The translations under genes were made by a program, and so were the position numbers. A DNA stretch of 64,000 bases from Octopus vulgaris. Its lineage: Eukaryota. Of the stretch, positions 11,953 to 24,600 are shown in pieces. The notes below the pieces were generated by a model, which ran no database searches, was not told the origin of the DNA, and worked only from the letters and a program-made list of their open reading frames with translations. The first letter of the stretch is position 1. Each line of letters opens with the position of its first letter. The DNA lies in assembly GCA_951406725.2 (NCBI GenBank), contig OX597818.1, positions 132,990,001 to 133,054,000 on the forward strand. Direction: 5' to 3'.

Positions 11953-13686
11953 GATGCATTTATAAAGTGCAATAAGATCAAACGTAAAACAACAGCTTTA
12001 AATTTATTCATACATTTCTATGATTTTTTCTGTATTGAAAGTATCAAAATCTTATTTTAAACAAAACTCATCCTATTTTCTACTCACTCATTCTGCTTGC
12101 TTGGTCAGAAATCAGCTGATTTGATCTTCGCATTTGGTAAAAATAATTTGTTGTGTTATCATTCTTCCAGAGTTTCTAAAATATTGAAATAATGATGGAG
12201 TATCAACACCTGATCAGAAATAGTTCAGCAATATAATAGTAAGCACCACGATAATAATGACTTACATTATCAATGAAAAAAACTATGCTATTTGTCCTAC
12301 TGCATTATCTGAGATATTTGAACGTTAATGAAAGATCATGGTTTCTCTATTCAAAAGTTATATCAGATGTTTTGAGCAAGTATTAAACTATATCTGGTGA
12401 TGAGGCCCCAGCTCAAAATATCAGGAATTTTGTAGAGTATGGAATTACTCCTTGGCTACCACAACTCCCAGGTACATTATAGCCCAGGATGATAGTACAT
12501 ATCAAGTGCCCCAGTTATGTATCAAATAGCAGATGATTCTGTGGATAGGGGACTCAGAAAGGCTAGCCTGTGTTACAGAGACTTACCAGTTTGTAGATTA
12601 GACATGTTCTGGTCTCTCATGAATCAGTTTCCTTGTCTAAGAGTTAAAAAAAAACCAGCTCTATATCTCAAGAGTAGGCTTAGGAAAGTAAGAAACTTAG
12701 CAATGTAAACAGTACACAAACAGGCAGAACGTAACAGGGAACAATGACAGTACATTTTTAAAGGAAAATCATGAATATTCAGATTTTGATGGCTGTCAAC
12801 ACATTTGATGCTGACATGGGACATGAAGAAAAAACCTTTATGAAAGAAAACCATATAAATAGTAAGTTCAAAAAAAGATATTTTAAGGTTTTGTTAGAGG
12901 AAGAAGGACAGTATTCATGAAACTTTAGGGGTCCCCAAGACTACTGGGAGAAAAAGAAGAGCTTATCCTTAGGTCAAAGACCTGATTTAGAATACTTGCA
13001 ATTGAATGAACTCCACCAAAGGCAGCAATGCCCCAGTGGGGATGTCAAATTAAGTGAGAGATATGCCTACCCCCCCACCAAAAAAAAAAAGAAATGGAAT
13101 GATCTTTTCAACAGTTTTCCACAATTTCTGTTTCTCAGATTTCATTCACAAGGTTTTGGTCAATCTAAGACTTTTAAAGAGAGATTTTCCCAACATGCCA
13201 AACAGTAGGATAGAACATGAAACCCTGCAATTAAAATAAACTTCTTACCCATACAATCACAACTTTGTTTCACTTCACTAAAAACAAATTTCTCTACTGA
13301 TGAATAATGAAAACTTCTTGAAATACTTGCAGTGGCTTAGAATGATACAAATACTCATTTGAAAATTTTGAGGCTAATATTGGCAAGAAAACTTGCATAA
13401 GAAGGAATTTCAATCATGAATGATTCAATTAGTAAACACTTATTCATTATCTAAAGTAGGAGACATTTTCAATGATTTGCCAGAATATCAATTCTTAGCC
13501 AAAATAGATATTTGTTTTAGAATGTTAATTATACATGGTTGATAATCATTTTTCTATCAGCACATAGTCAGCAATTTTGGATGAGGGTGAGACTTGAAGT
13601 CAACTTGTACAAATACAAAGCAATAGCCAAACATGTAATAGTAATAATGATGAAGATGATGATGATGATGATGATGATAATAATAT

Positions 13687-14385
13687 GCCCTGATGCAGTA
13701 CCAGGCAGTGGCTCTCATGGTTTCCAGTCTTAACTGATTGGAAGTGTTATCATGTACACTGTTTTGTCTTCCTATTAAAGATGGGCTACAGCAAATATTC
13801 TGCTCAATACCACAGATTTGCTTGTCAGTTGTTTGACCGTAACCAGTTGAGCATGTTCCTTAGTGGCTGACAATATGTGCATCTCTGATCATGAGCAGAA
13901 GTAGTGGGGGAGCATCATAGCCACGTGTCGAGAGGAATTCTTTGGGGTTTGAATAATTTACCTCTGAGAACATGAGTGCTTTGTTCAACATCTTTAAACA
14001 ACCCTTCGCCGAGGTCAACTTTGCCTTTCATCCTTTCAGGGTCGATAAATAAAGTACCAGTTTCCCACTGGGGTCGATGTAATCGACTTAATCCCTTTGT
14101 CTGTTCTTGTGTGTCCCCTCTATGTTTAGCCCCTTGTGGGTAGTAAAAGAAAAAAAATACATTTCAGTGGAATGGGCTACTCAACCTGAAGAAAATTCTA
14201 ACTGGGTCCCCACCTACAAGGTCATGCATTGTTTATCTTAATACAAGATCACCATTTTCTGCATATGTGGTTGTGATGCATGTGCCTGGTGTACGCTTAT
14301 CGGACAGGTGTTCATGATGGATATATTGGGATTCATATATTTTTACTCCAGTGTCACTTTCATGGCATGCACTGCTCTCTCACTC
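13687..14385. mobile_element. ~555-bp (TAA)n-embedded repeat, copy 2, interrupted by a SINE A fragment at ~14005-14160
   Basis: Same termini as 363-917, with TAA repeats on both flanks. Confidence 0.8.
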
Positions 14386-14402
14386 AATAATAATAATAAT
14401 AA

Positions 14403-14632
14403 GGCGGCGAGCTGGCAGACACGTTAGTGCACCGGGCGGAATGCTTAGCGGTATTTCGTTTGTCGTTACATTCTGAGTTCAAATTCCGCCGATGTCGACT
14501 TTGCCTTTCATCCTTTCGGGGTCGATAAATAAAACTACCAGTTTCGCACTGGGGTCGATGTAATCGACTTAATCCGTTTGTTTGTCCTTGTTCGTCCTCT
14601 CTATGTTTAGCCCCTTGTGGGTAGTAAAGAAA
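14403..14632 (+). mobile_element. SINE family A, full length, in (TAA)n
   Basis: GGCGGCGAGCTGGCAG...GAGTTCAAATTCCGCC...GGGTAGTAAAGAAAT. Confidence 0.9.
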
Positions 14633-14634
14633 TA

Positions 14635-14691
<57 letters not shown>

Positions 14692-15127
14692 CCTTTCTAC
14701 TATAGGCACAAGGCCTGATATTCTGGGGGTGAGGAATTACATCAAATTCCAGAATTCAACTGGTACTTATTTTACCAACCCCAAAGGGAGGAAAATTAAA
14801 GTCAACCTTGACAGAATTTGAACTCAGAACATAAAGACAGACAAAATGCCACCCAGCATCTTGTCCTGCAGGCTAATAATTCCGCCAAATAATGCCAATA
14901 GCAATAATAATAATAATAATAATATTGCTTGCAGTTTAAGCACAAGGCCAGCAATTTTGAAGAGAGGAGGTCAGTTGATCACATTGTCACCAGTACTAGA
15001 CTGGTGCATTATTTGATTGGCTCTAGAACAAAGAAAAATACAGCTGACCCCTTAACTACACAGATCTGAAAAAAATGCCACAAGACATATTGATCGATGC
15101 TCTAACTATTCTGCCAACCTACCGCCC
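14692..15127 (-). mobile_element. Two degenerate SINE A-type copies in tandem
   Basis: GCACAAGGCC tails near 14706 and 14940, AACTGGTACTTATTT, GAATTTGAACTCAG. Confidence 0.55.
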
Positions 15128-15128
15128 T

Positions 15129-15209
<81 letters not shown>

Positions 15210-15254
15210 AAGAAGAAGAAGAGTAGTAGTAGTAGTAGTAGTAGTAGAAGAAGA

Positions 15255-15310
<56 letters not shown>

Positions 15311-15410
15311 AAGAAGTAGTAGTAGTAGTAGTGTTGGTGGCACCGGTGGCAGTGCTGCTGCTGCTGCTGCTGGTGATGGTAGCGATATTAGTAACAGCAG
15401 CAGCAGCAGT
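15129..15410 (+). repeat. (TAG)n/(AAG)n microsatellite followed by GCT/CAG runs
   Basis: Read directly. Confidence 0.95.
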
Positions 15411-15776
15411 TCAATTAGAAGATTGACTGTCTTGATTGAACAATATTTCAACAGAACATCTGTCTAATCCCCTCCTTTCCCACTTCATCGTCATCTGAAT
15501 TATTCTTTTACCATGCTGAATCAGCTGTACAACAAATCCTCATTCGTTGTGACCAAGTATCAACTTCCAGATCTTCATATTTCATGATGACACATTTAAG
15601 TCCTCCCACAAACTGAACCAGTAAACCAGTCATGATTCCAGATCCAAATAACAATGGCTTTTTTTTTTTTCTTCTCAGTACACCTAAGTGTACTAATTGC
15701 GACCAGATTTATGAGCACTACCCCCTCCCCAATAAACACAAGTTGTGCTGCTGGTAAAATGAACAATTTCTTTCCA

Positions 15777-16203
15777 GGTGCAGGAGTGGCTGTGTGGTAA
15801 GTAGCTTGCTAACCAACCACATGGTTCCGGGTTCAGTCCCACTGCGTGGCATCTTGGGCAAGTGTCTTCTGCTATAGCCCCTGGCCGACCAATGCCTTGT
15901 GAGTGGATTTGGTAGACGGAAACTGAAAGAAGCCTGTCGTATATATGTATATATATATATATATATGTATATGTGTGTGTGTTTGTGTTTGTGTGTCTGT
16001 GTTTGCCCCCCTAGCATTGCTTGACAACCGATGCTGGTGTGTTTACGTCCCCGTCACTTAGCGGTTTGGCAAAAGAGACCGATAGAATAAGTACTGGGCT
16101 TACAAAGAATAAGTCCCGGGGTCGAGATGCTCGATTAAAGGCGGTGCTCCAGCATGGCCGCAGTCAAATGACTGAAACAAGTAAAAGAGTAAAAGAGTAA
16201 GAG
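15777..16203 (+). mobile_element. SINE family B, full length
   Basis: Complete head, internal microsatellite and GTAAAAGA-type tail. Confidence 0.92.
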
Positions 16204-16758
16204 CATTAAAGTCTATGTAAAAATGTGTAACTAACGGTTAACAAAGTATTTGATTTTAATAGAATAATGCAATAGGATTCAGTTAGGCAAGAAAGTTAGA
16301 TGAATACAAGTTTACATGTATATCTACAAGCAGAAGCTCAAGTGATTAGGCAGCATTTCAAGAAATTATTAACAAGTATATCCACACTACTTGTCATTAT
16401 ATCTAAGACCTCCTTTATGTCTTGTGGTTAATTATCCTGTCAAAAAAATCTGTTAAGAAAGAGAGGCACCCACCTGTGAGGGCAATAATCTACAGAAATA
16501 TGTCAATGCCTTTCTGAAACTATTATGAATAACTGTAGGTAATTTTCTTAAGCTAATCAACAGGATCAATATAAAATTAATCAGTACCTAGTTATAATAA
16601 CAATAAAACTAAAAAGAGAAAATTTCTTCGAATTTAAATAAATATTCAATTTATACCTCCATGCACATAGACCAAATGAACAACATATTTACACTTATAA
16701 ATATGTATATTGAAAAGTAAAGTACATCTAGCACATACATACCTACAATCATACATAT

Positions 16759-16799
<41 letters not shown>

Positions 16800-16984
16800 T
16801 ATATCTACACACAAAGCTAATCAAGTACATGATCATGTATAAGCAAATGTAATTATAAAAGCATGAGTCATGTTTATATAAGATGTTTTCGTTCCAAATG
16901 TTAGTTTAAGAAAAACGTAAGAGAAAATTGAAAATTTGCTTCATTTAGGGTACACGTACACACACTCACACACACACAGAGTCT

Positions 16985-17390
16985 TATTTGGCATGGTTTC
17001 TATGGCCGGATGCCCCTCCTAGCACCAACCACTTTACAGAGTGTGCTGGGTGCTTTTAATGTGGCACTAGATGAGCACTTACATGTAGCACTGACATTGC
17101 TTTTTATTTGGCACCAACACAGGACTCTTGCAGACCAATCCTTTTCACCAAGGGGAGCAGCCTTAACATTTCTTAACAGCAAAAGCGCCAGGTATCTTAG
17201 TCCTTTGTCATCTCATCTGAAAGGCTCAGCATCCTGAGTTTATCCCTCAGTATTCTGTCCCATGTCTTCCTGGGTTTCCCTCTTCCACATGTTCCATCTA
17301 CTTTGAGAGATCAGCACATCTTTATGGAGCCGTTGGCATACATCCACATTACATGACCAAACCAGCACAGTCTTCTCTCTACAATGTGCA
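16985..17390 (-). mobile_element. Old RTE-clade LINE fragment
   Basis: Minus strand gives RRLCWFGHVMWM...VDGTCGRGKPRKTWD, followed by the AGGGGCATC UTR motif. Confidence 0.7.
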
Positions 17391-17551
17391 TATAAGTTTA
17401 CATGTGTGTAAATACATATGTGATCTTTATACTGCACTTAAGATATACCAACATGCTACTTAAGTTTCATGCAAGTTGGTATTTGCACTCCTTAGAGATG
17501 CCATCTTTTCATTAGGTTCAACAAAAAAGTAAGGCAACTTGATAAAAAAAT

Positions 17552-17894
17552 GGTGATGGTGACCCCCTTCGGTCAGACACTGACCATGGGTTTGCACTTA
17601 GAGAGTTACCCTCTGAGGCACAAGTCTGGGCAAGGTTGTTTTATGGAAGACCAGCAGTCGCCCATGCATACCGGCCTCCCCTCTCCCCATCACCGATGTT
17701 GTCCAAGGGAAAGGCAAGGGCTGATACAGCTTGGCACCTGTGACGTCGCAACTCATTTCTACAGCTGAGTGAACTGGAGCAACGTGAAATAAAGTGTCTT
17801 GCTCAAGAACACAACACGCAGCCCGGTCCGGGATTCGAGCTCACAACCTCATGATCATAGGCTTGACGCTCTAACCACTGAGCCACGCGCCTTC
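17552..17894 (-). mobile_element. tRNA-headed SINE family D
   Basis: Reverse complement GAAGGCGCGTGGCTCAGTGGTTAGAGCG (A box)...GAGCTCGAATCCC (B box)...TTCTTGAGCAAGACACTT (CORE-like block). Second copy at 44616-44952. Confidence 0.88.
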
Positions 17895-17898
17895 ATAG

Positions 17899-17932
17899 AT
17901 ATGGAACGCTTTACGAATTTGCGTGTCATCCT
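17899..17932 (-). pseudogene. U6: 3'-terminal 34-nt fragment of U6 snRNA
   Basis: Minus strand AGGATGACACGCAAATTCGTAAAGCGTTCCATAT versus conserved metazoan U6 3' end AGGAUGACACGCAAAUUCGUGAAGCGUUCCAUAU: one mismatch. Confidence 0.92.
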
Positions 17933-18169
17933 AAAAAAATAAAAGGACAATAAAAAGCAAGGGCAATTATTTTAAGAAATAGCAGTGGGTCATAATTCCC
18001 ATTTGAGTTAGTTAGGATTAGACAGGAAGGATGAGAGGGTCATAATTCATATTTTAACTAGTCATATTAAGTCTTTTAATGATTTGTGCATTTCCCAGCA
18101 AACAAATCTTAGGTTTATGTAATTTCAGATCCTTCTATCACATGCAAAAAATTGTTTGACTATAAGGTC

Positions 18170-18394
18170 ACATGGATTCGGTCAGCCTCGCCTGGCACCA
18201 GTGCAGGTGGCACGTAAAAAGCACCCACTACACTCACGGAGTGGTTGGCGTTAGGAAGGGCATCCAGCTGTAGAAACATTGCCAGATAAGACCGGAGCCT
18301 GGTGCAGCCTTCTGGCTTCCCAGATCCCCGGTCGAACCGTCCAACCCATGCTAGCATGGAGAACGGACGTTAAACGATGATGATGATGATGATG
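18170..18394 (+). mobile_element. RTE-type LINE 3' end with (GAT)n tail
   Basis: GGTTGGCGTTAGGAAGGGCATCCAGCTGTAGAAAC...GGACGTTAAACGATGATGAT. Confidence 0.85.
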
Positions 18395-18809
18395 AATGCC
18401 ATGTTCATAATGAGTTTGTGTGAAAATGTAATATTTGTAGGAAATAGAGAACTTTTGAAGGTTTGCTTATTCTCAGCAATATGACTGAGAAAGTGTATAG
18501 GGTAGGTGAGGTGATGTTTATGAGAGTATATCCGCTAGGAATTTTGTAGTGAAGGTATCTACTAAGTTATAACAAGATTATGAAGAGATGTGCAATGTGA
18601 ATTTCATATCAGACAAGAGGATACTGAATGCTTTCCATGATCAAGTATCATTCTGGCATTTTCCAGTTGGCTACAATGAATTTTCCAGCATGCAGATATC
18701 TATTAAAGAAATCTTCCCTTGTATGTCAGCAGCTGCCAAAGACTTTCTTAATATATTTGCCTTCTTCATTGTTCAAAACTGATATTTCCTTGTTCTATTT
18801 ATGTACAGT

Positions 18810-19135
18810 GGAGGTGCAATGGCCCAGTGGTTAGGGCAGCGGACTCGCGGTCGGAGGATTGCGGTTTCAATTCCCAGACCGGGCGTTGTGTGTGTTTATT
18901 GAGCGAAAACACCTAAAGCTCCATGAGGCTCTGGCAGGGGGTGGGGGTGGAGACCCCTGTTGTACTCTTTCGCCCCAACTTTCTCCCACTCTTTCTTCAT
19001 GTTTCTTGAGTAATGCTGCAATGGACTGGCGTCCTGTCCAGCTGGGGGGGAACACATACGCCATAGAAGCCGGGAAACCGGGTCCATGAGCCTGGCTAGG
19101 CTTGAAAAGGGCGCATAAATAAAATAAATAAAAAT
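18810..19135 (+). mobile_element. tRNA-headed SINE family E, tail type 1
   Basis: GGAGGTGCAATGGCCCAGTGGTTAGGGCAGCGGAC (A box)...GGTTTCAATTCCC (B box). Tail has ATGGACTGGCGTCCTGTCCAG and ends in AAAT repeats. Confidence 0.85.
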
Positions 19136-19489
19136 TGATGTACAATCTGAGCTGCTTGAGAATTCTCCACCTGAATACCAGTTGCTACGTTTTCATCTGG
19201 TATGACAAATAAGGCCACTTATAGAAAATACATGAACGTATGAGAAATAATAGAGCAAGAAGGTTAAAAAAAGTAAATGCAGTATGTCAATATAATTCAT
19301 TATCATCATCATTTAACGTCCGTTTTCCATGCTAGCATGGGTTGGACGGTAATTATATATAATAATGAATATGTTGTTCATACAGTTTAAATAAATTGAA
19401 TGATTTAGATAAACTGAATGTTTATTTAGATTCAAAGAACTTTACTACTGTTATTAAACTAGATACTTATTCATTTTCTGTTGATCATT

Positions 19490-19925
19490 TTGATTAACTT
19501 CAGCAAATTAACTATCAATATCATAATCTGTGATGCATTCAACCAGTTTCCAAGTATGGCTGGCCAATGTCATAGAAGTTTGTTACTTGATTTCTCTAAA
19601 GAGTGTAGTGTGATTATAAAGCCTTTGTTTGAATTTACTTTTGGCAATTTATATTTCATATATAATATTTCTTCTCAGCTCGTTGGTGGATGGTTGGGGT
19701 GGTTGAGGTGATTTAGGCTTTATAAATAACCAATTCCATGTTGTGCTGCTGATTTTCCAATGCATACAGCCTGGAATTCAGTGTCTGGTTGGGTTACTAC
19801 TGATAGACCTCTTTGTGCAGGTAAAATAGCTGTAGCTGATTTTAATGCAGCCTCCATTCAAAATCTTTCTACATCTATGATTTGCCAAAAAATGCTCATC
19901 AGAAAGGGCCAAGAATTCCTTACCT
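19490..19925 (-). mobile_element. Decayed Penelope-like element (RT thumb/linker and GIY-YIG endonuclease region)
   Basis: Minus strand reads KEFLALSDEHFLANHRCRKILNGGCIKISYS, then KFKQRLYNHTTLF...TLASHTWKL. Matches the PLE patterns FL.LID.HF..NH...KI.N...IKISYS and FKQR..NH...LS.Y.W.L. Confidence 0.7.
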
Positions 19926-19945
19926 ACATTTGTCATAATGTTTAA

Positions 19946-20166
19946 CCCTTTAGTGTTCGCATTATTCTGCCAAAATTAATCCTTTTTTATCCACATTGTT
20001 TTGAACTAATCATGCAATACCTTGTAGCTTTAAGATTTTGATGAGGTAGCTGTTAATTTTTAAAACGATATTGTAGGGTTGGTGTGAGAGACCAGATCTA
20101 GCCAGTTTGAACATAAAACAGGCAGAATATTTTTGGCCGGATATGGCCGGTTTAAATGCTAAAGGG
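19946..20166 (+). mobile_element. piggyBac-like MITE (~220 bp), TTAA TSD
   Basis: TTAA|CCCTTTAG ... CTAAAGGG|TTAA (TTAA at 19942-19945 and 20167-20170). Confidence 0.88.
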
Positions 20167-22649
20167 TTAAATAAAAAAGACTGCATGTGAGCCACATGTT
20201 TGTATGTGTGTGAGTGGGCAGGGGGGCCATGCATGCATACATGTGTAAAAAAACACATGAACACTGAGAGACAGACTTGAATAAACTGCAACAAAAAGGT
20301 GACAACACAGCAATATCAAGTAACTGAAAGCGAAATTAGGTACTAAGTTCACAACAAAAGGAGACACAGCCATGTCTACAACAAAATACGATACTTTCTC
20401 ATTCTTTTCCTCACTCTCATACGAAGAGCGAAAACCTAAAAGATTATTTCTTCAACCCTCACAGCAAATGACCTCTCCAGACTCTTCCAGAAGCTTTTCC
20501 CACTTTGTGCCATAGCCACTAGAAGATGATTTTGTAAAAAAAAAAAAAAAAAAAATTGAAGCAAAATCAGTCTTGGTAATGGGTTTGAACTAATATTTTC
20601 TGATTCAGAATTCAGTTTTTGTATCTGACACTGGTGAAGTCTCTATTGTACGTAGAATATATTAATCATTTACTCTATCAATGGACCAAACTCTTTATAT
20701 TCTTGAAGACAGATTTCATTATAAGCAAAATAAATAGCTTTTGATAGCCTTTAACTCATCTAGCCGTTCACATTGGTACATTTCTATTTTTTCATGTCTC
20801 GATATCAAGTGACAAGTTTTATATATTTATCTATTTATTTATTTTGGTTGGGTTTTTTTTTTCTACTTCATTGTATATGTTCCAATTAAGATTAGCTATG
20901 TAGTAGCAAGAAAGTGCTTCTTATATATGCCTTTGAATATGATCCTCATTGTCACATCCAGTGAATACAAATATTTCAGAAGAAAACATTCCCAAAGTTA
21001 AGACAATGTCTCCTTTGGTGGCATGATAAGCAAAACAGTATTAGCATATTTATTCAATATTAAAGATAGTGCAAGGAATTTCTTATCTAAATAAAACACT
21101 TTCTATTTTGATGCTCACTTTGAAAGAAAATGGAAATCAAGCTGAAACAATTTTTTGTCAAGGGGTAAGAGACTAAAAATGATAACTTCTGCACAAATTA
21201 TATCTATTTCTTTTATGCAAGTCACACTTTTTTTTATAGTGTTGATACTGAATATCAGGGTAGTGCAAATGATAAATTAAGTTATTTGATATTTATAGTG
21301 TATCATTTTGTGATAAGCAAGAAATCTTGCTAAACATCATATCTATGATAAAAATTACAGTACAATACTATTTTATATTTTTTTTTTTTTTTCAATACAT
21401 GAAAGGAAAAAAGGTTTCTTATTTTATATACATTTTTAAAAATCTAATAAAATAAAATTTAGAATACCAAAAGTTCTTAATAGGATATACTTTGTAATTT
21501 CAGTTTATCAAAAAGGAAGCCAATTGCATTAGAATTAGTGAGAAATCAATATTTCTTTTAAATGTATGTAGATTAACTATGATCAGAAAACGAATAAAAT
21601 TTCTACTTTTATCACCATCAAAAAAAGAAGATAGGTATTTGAAAAACAGAGATTTGACTAACTAAAAAATATAAATGTTTGATGCTTCACTTTTCAAAAT
21701 CGTAGTCTACACAAATATCTATATACATCTGCACAGTAGTTGATGGAAATTAGAACTGTACCTAATAATGATTTAAATCATGTGTTTCTAGTAACATTTG
21801 TCATATAATAATTGTTTCAAACATAGGTGCATAGGCCAGAAATATATAAGATAACTAGCAGATCGATATAAGGACTAGGGTTCATTGCAATAATTCGATG
21901 ACTGAAACTAATAAAAGTGGTAAAAAGAATACAAATTAAAATAAAGTTCAAAAGGTTTTGTAACTTCCGAAGATACAACAACTCTTCTAATATATTTGGC
22001 AGAGGACTAGTTTTTTAATCTAGTATAAAGTTGAAAATAATGACACCTGATGTTTTTAAAACCAAAGTTGACAATGGTAATAATATTTTCAAGTTGATAG
22101 AATATTGTGTTTTGTCTTAGCTTCATTGCTAATCATCATTTTACTTATTTTTGCCACATCAGTTCAAAGATGACAATCACTAACAAGAGTAGATGAATTT
22201 TAAGTCTCTACAGGTGATGAGTTATGTGAGTAGCTAAAAGAAAATCTCCTGTATCACAAAAGTTACTAAGGCACCAGTTTCAGCTGCTTCACTGTGTGCA
22301 TGAGTCTCTGAAGATAATAGACCTTTCATTACACAATTCAGTTTTTTTCTTTTTTTTGATGACCAAAATATTAGAGCCATTTTGTTCATATTATTTCAAA
22401 CAAATATGATAAACCCACCCTGTGAAGATCCATCTTTCAAACTGACATAAGTGACATCACAATAGCTGACTATATTTAGCTCTGAAGGTTTTAGCAAAAC
22501 AGGAAAACATATGAACCCTTTCTTTGATTTCAACTTTGATAATGTAGTTTTAGCTTCAGGCAGCACCCTTATTTAGGGGTTATTTGCAGTGCTGCTCAAT
22601 CTACAAACATCAACTGATACATCTAGATGAGTCTGTGTATATACCCACA

Positions 22650-23036
22650 GGAGGTGCAATGGCCCAGTGGTTAGGGCAGCGGACTCACGGTCGTAGGATC
22701 GCGGTTTCGATTCCCAGACCGGGCGTTGTGAGTGTTTATTGAGCGAAAACACCTAAAGCTCCATGAGGCTCCGGCAGGGAATGGTGGTGATCCCTGCTGT
22801 ACTCTTTCACCACAACTTTCTCTCACTCTTTCTTCCTGTTTCTGTTGTACCTGTATTTCAAAGGGCCGGCCTTGTCACTCTCTGTGTTACGCTGAATATC
22901 CCCGAGAACTACGTTAAGGGTACACGTGTCTGTGGAGTGCTCAGCCACTTACACGTTAATTTCACGAGCAGGCTGTTCCGTTGGTCGGATCAACCGGAAC
23001 CCTCATCGTCGTAACCGACGAAGTGCTTCCATCATC
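22650..23036 (+). mobile_element. tRNA-headed SINE family E, tail type 2
   Basis: First ~190 bp align with the 18810 copy. The 3' half is unrelated. Confidence 0.85.
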
Positions 23037-23502
23037 TTGTCTTTTAACTAGTTTCAGCTTTCATAAAATTCTTTCTAGCTGTATGAAGAGTATTTAAATT
23101 AATTCTAACCTGTTACGAACACTCTTTTAGTAATGACATAGTAGAGTGTCACAACTCACTGTAGAATATAGGGTAAGTAATTCTTTTGTCAAAACTGATA
23201 GTGTGTTAACATTCAAACCAAAAACAGGTGTCTTTAGACTATGTCCTGAATAATTCTGAAGTGTATTTTTCACACTAATAACCCTTTCCAGGGCTATGAC
23301 TGGCTCACATTCCTCTTTTTCTCATATTTTTACCATTGCTTTTGTTTCTTATCAAGTTCTGATAGTCTTCCATGCCATTACTAAATGGACTGAGTGCAGC
23401 AGTAGTACAGGTTTCAATGTTAAGGTTTTGATGATGATGATGATGATTACAATATTTGATGTTTTACAATTTCCCAATGGCTTCTTGGTTAAAGGAACAC
23501 AA

Positions 23503-23578
23503 TGCTTACCCTGCCAATGTTTCCTTATACTGCATCTTGCTTTACATGTATGTGTATGTGTGTGCATGCATGTGTGTG

Positions 23579-23613
<35 letters not shown>

Positions 23614-23710
23614 GCACATGCTAATAGATAGAGAAAATAGCAACAACAGTACACATCTTAACATAAACTGATGTATGCAGTCATAAGTCGTGTAAATTAT
23701 CCTACTAACA
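23503..23710 (+). repeat. Local duplication copy 1 (partner 25964-26189)
   Basis: Near-identical sequence on both sides of a (TG)n tract. Confidence 0.85.
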
Positions 23711-23789
23711 CAATGGCGGTGCCCCAGCATGGCCACAGCTCAAGAGCTGAAACTGGAAAACATAAACATAAATAGCAGCATGATGAATG

Positions 23790-24600
23790 TAGGTTTTCAG
23801 TTTTACTGGTCTACTCAAAATCCAACATCAACTATTTTCAAAATTGACACAATTCCACCAGTTTTCATAGATCTATTACTTAAAAGAAGAGATAAATCAG
23901 TCTTTACAATATTAGCTTCAATATATGCTCTGACATCCACTATAATAACTGGGAACTTGACCAGCTTGATAGACTTTACTGTCATTCCATTACCGAAACA
24001 AGAACTTTAGTCAGATTTATTCATCTTAACCAAGGCCTTATCTCTGTCACACAATGTATCAAGAAGCACTTTTAACCAGAGTTCTCCAGCAATTGTACAA
24101 GACCAAATAGAATCTAATATAGTTGAACAAAGTGTCTCTCTCACCAGAGTAGACAGCTATCTATATGAGTCATTAATCAGAATACCTGTGTCATCTCTTG
24201 TGAAAGGGAGGAGAGTCCAGTTTGCTGGACATTGTTGTAGAGCTGAAAAAGAAGTAATTTCTACTCTTCTCCTCTGGAAGCCATCTACTCACAATACCAG
24301 AGGGCGCACACTCTCCTACCCTGATGTAATCTCCAGGGATACAGGCATCCAGCAACAGGACCTCCGTAATGCCATGATGGACCGTGAAGTCTGGTGTAGC
24401 ATGGTAAATTCCATTGTCTCGACCACGGTCGAACAATGATGAGTCATTAATCAGAATACTTTCATTGGGTGTTTCAACATGGAATTAAGCCATATATACC
24501 TAATCAGACCCTTTATAATGTGATTTAGATGACAGCCTTTGGCAAAATGCATAGTAGACTTCTCATAATCCTATCATTCCTACAAGACTTGACCTAATAC
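23790..24600 (-). mobile_element. Decayed Ty1/Copia (GalEa-like) gag-protease region, split by a LINE insertion
   Basis: Minus strand reads LVRETLCSTILDSIWSCTIAGELWLKVLLDTL...FGNGMTVKSIKLVKFPVII...IVKTDLSLLLSNRSMK (degenerate LDSGCSxTVxGExWL protease pattern). Upstream STMHFAKGC resembles a zinc-knuckle remnant. Confidence 0.65.
24186..24438 (+). mobile_element. 5'-truncated RTE-group LINE with a perfect 21-bp TSD
   Basis: ORF RRVQFAGHCCRAEKEVISTLLLWKP...RGRTLSYPDVISRDTG...AMMDREVW. ATGAGTCATTAATCAGAATAC at 24165-24185 and 24439-24459. Confidence 0.88.

Noticed and set aside
15128-15451. Poly-Leu/Tyr ORF resembling a membrane protein
   Set aside because: Translation of the (TAG)n/(AAG)n microsatellite.
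18810-18885. tRNA-like sequences at SINE heads (also 17820-17894, 22650-22725, 44880-44952)
   Set aside because: A/B boxes are present but the stems do not form a proper cloverleaf, and each runs into a SINE body.
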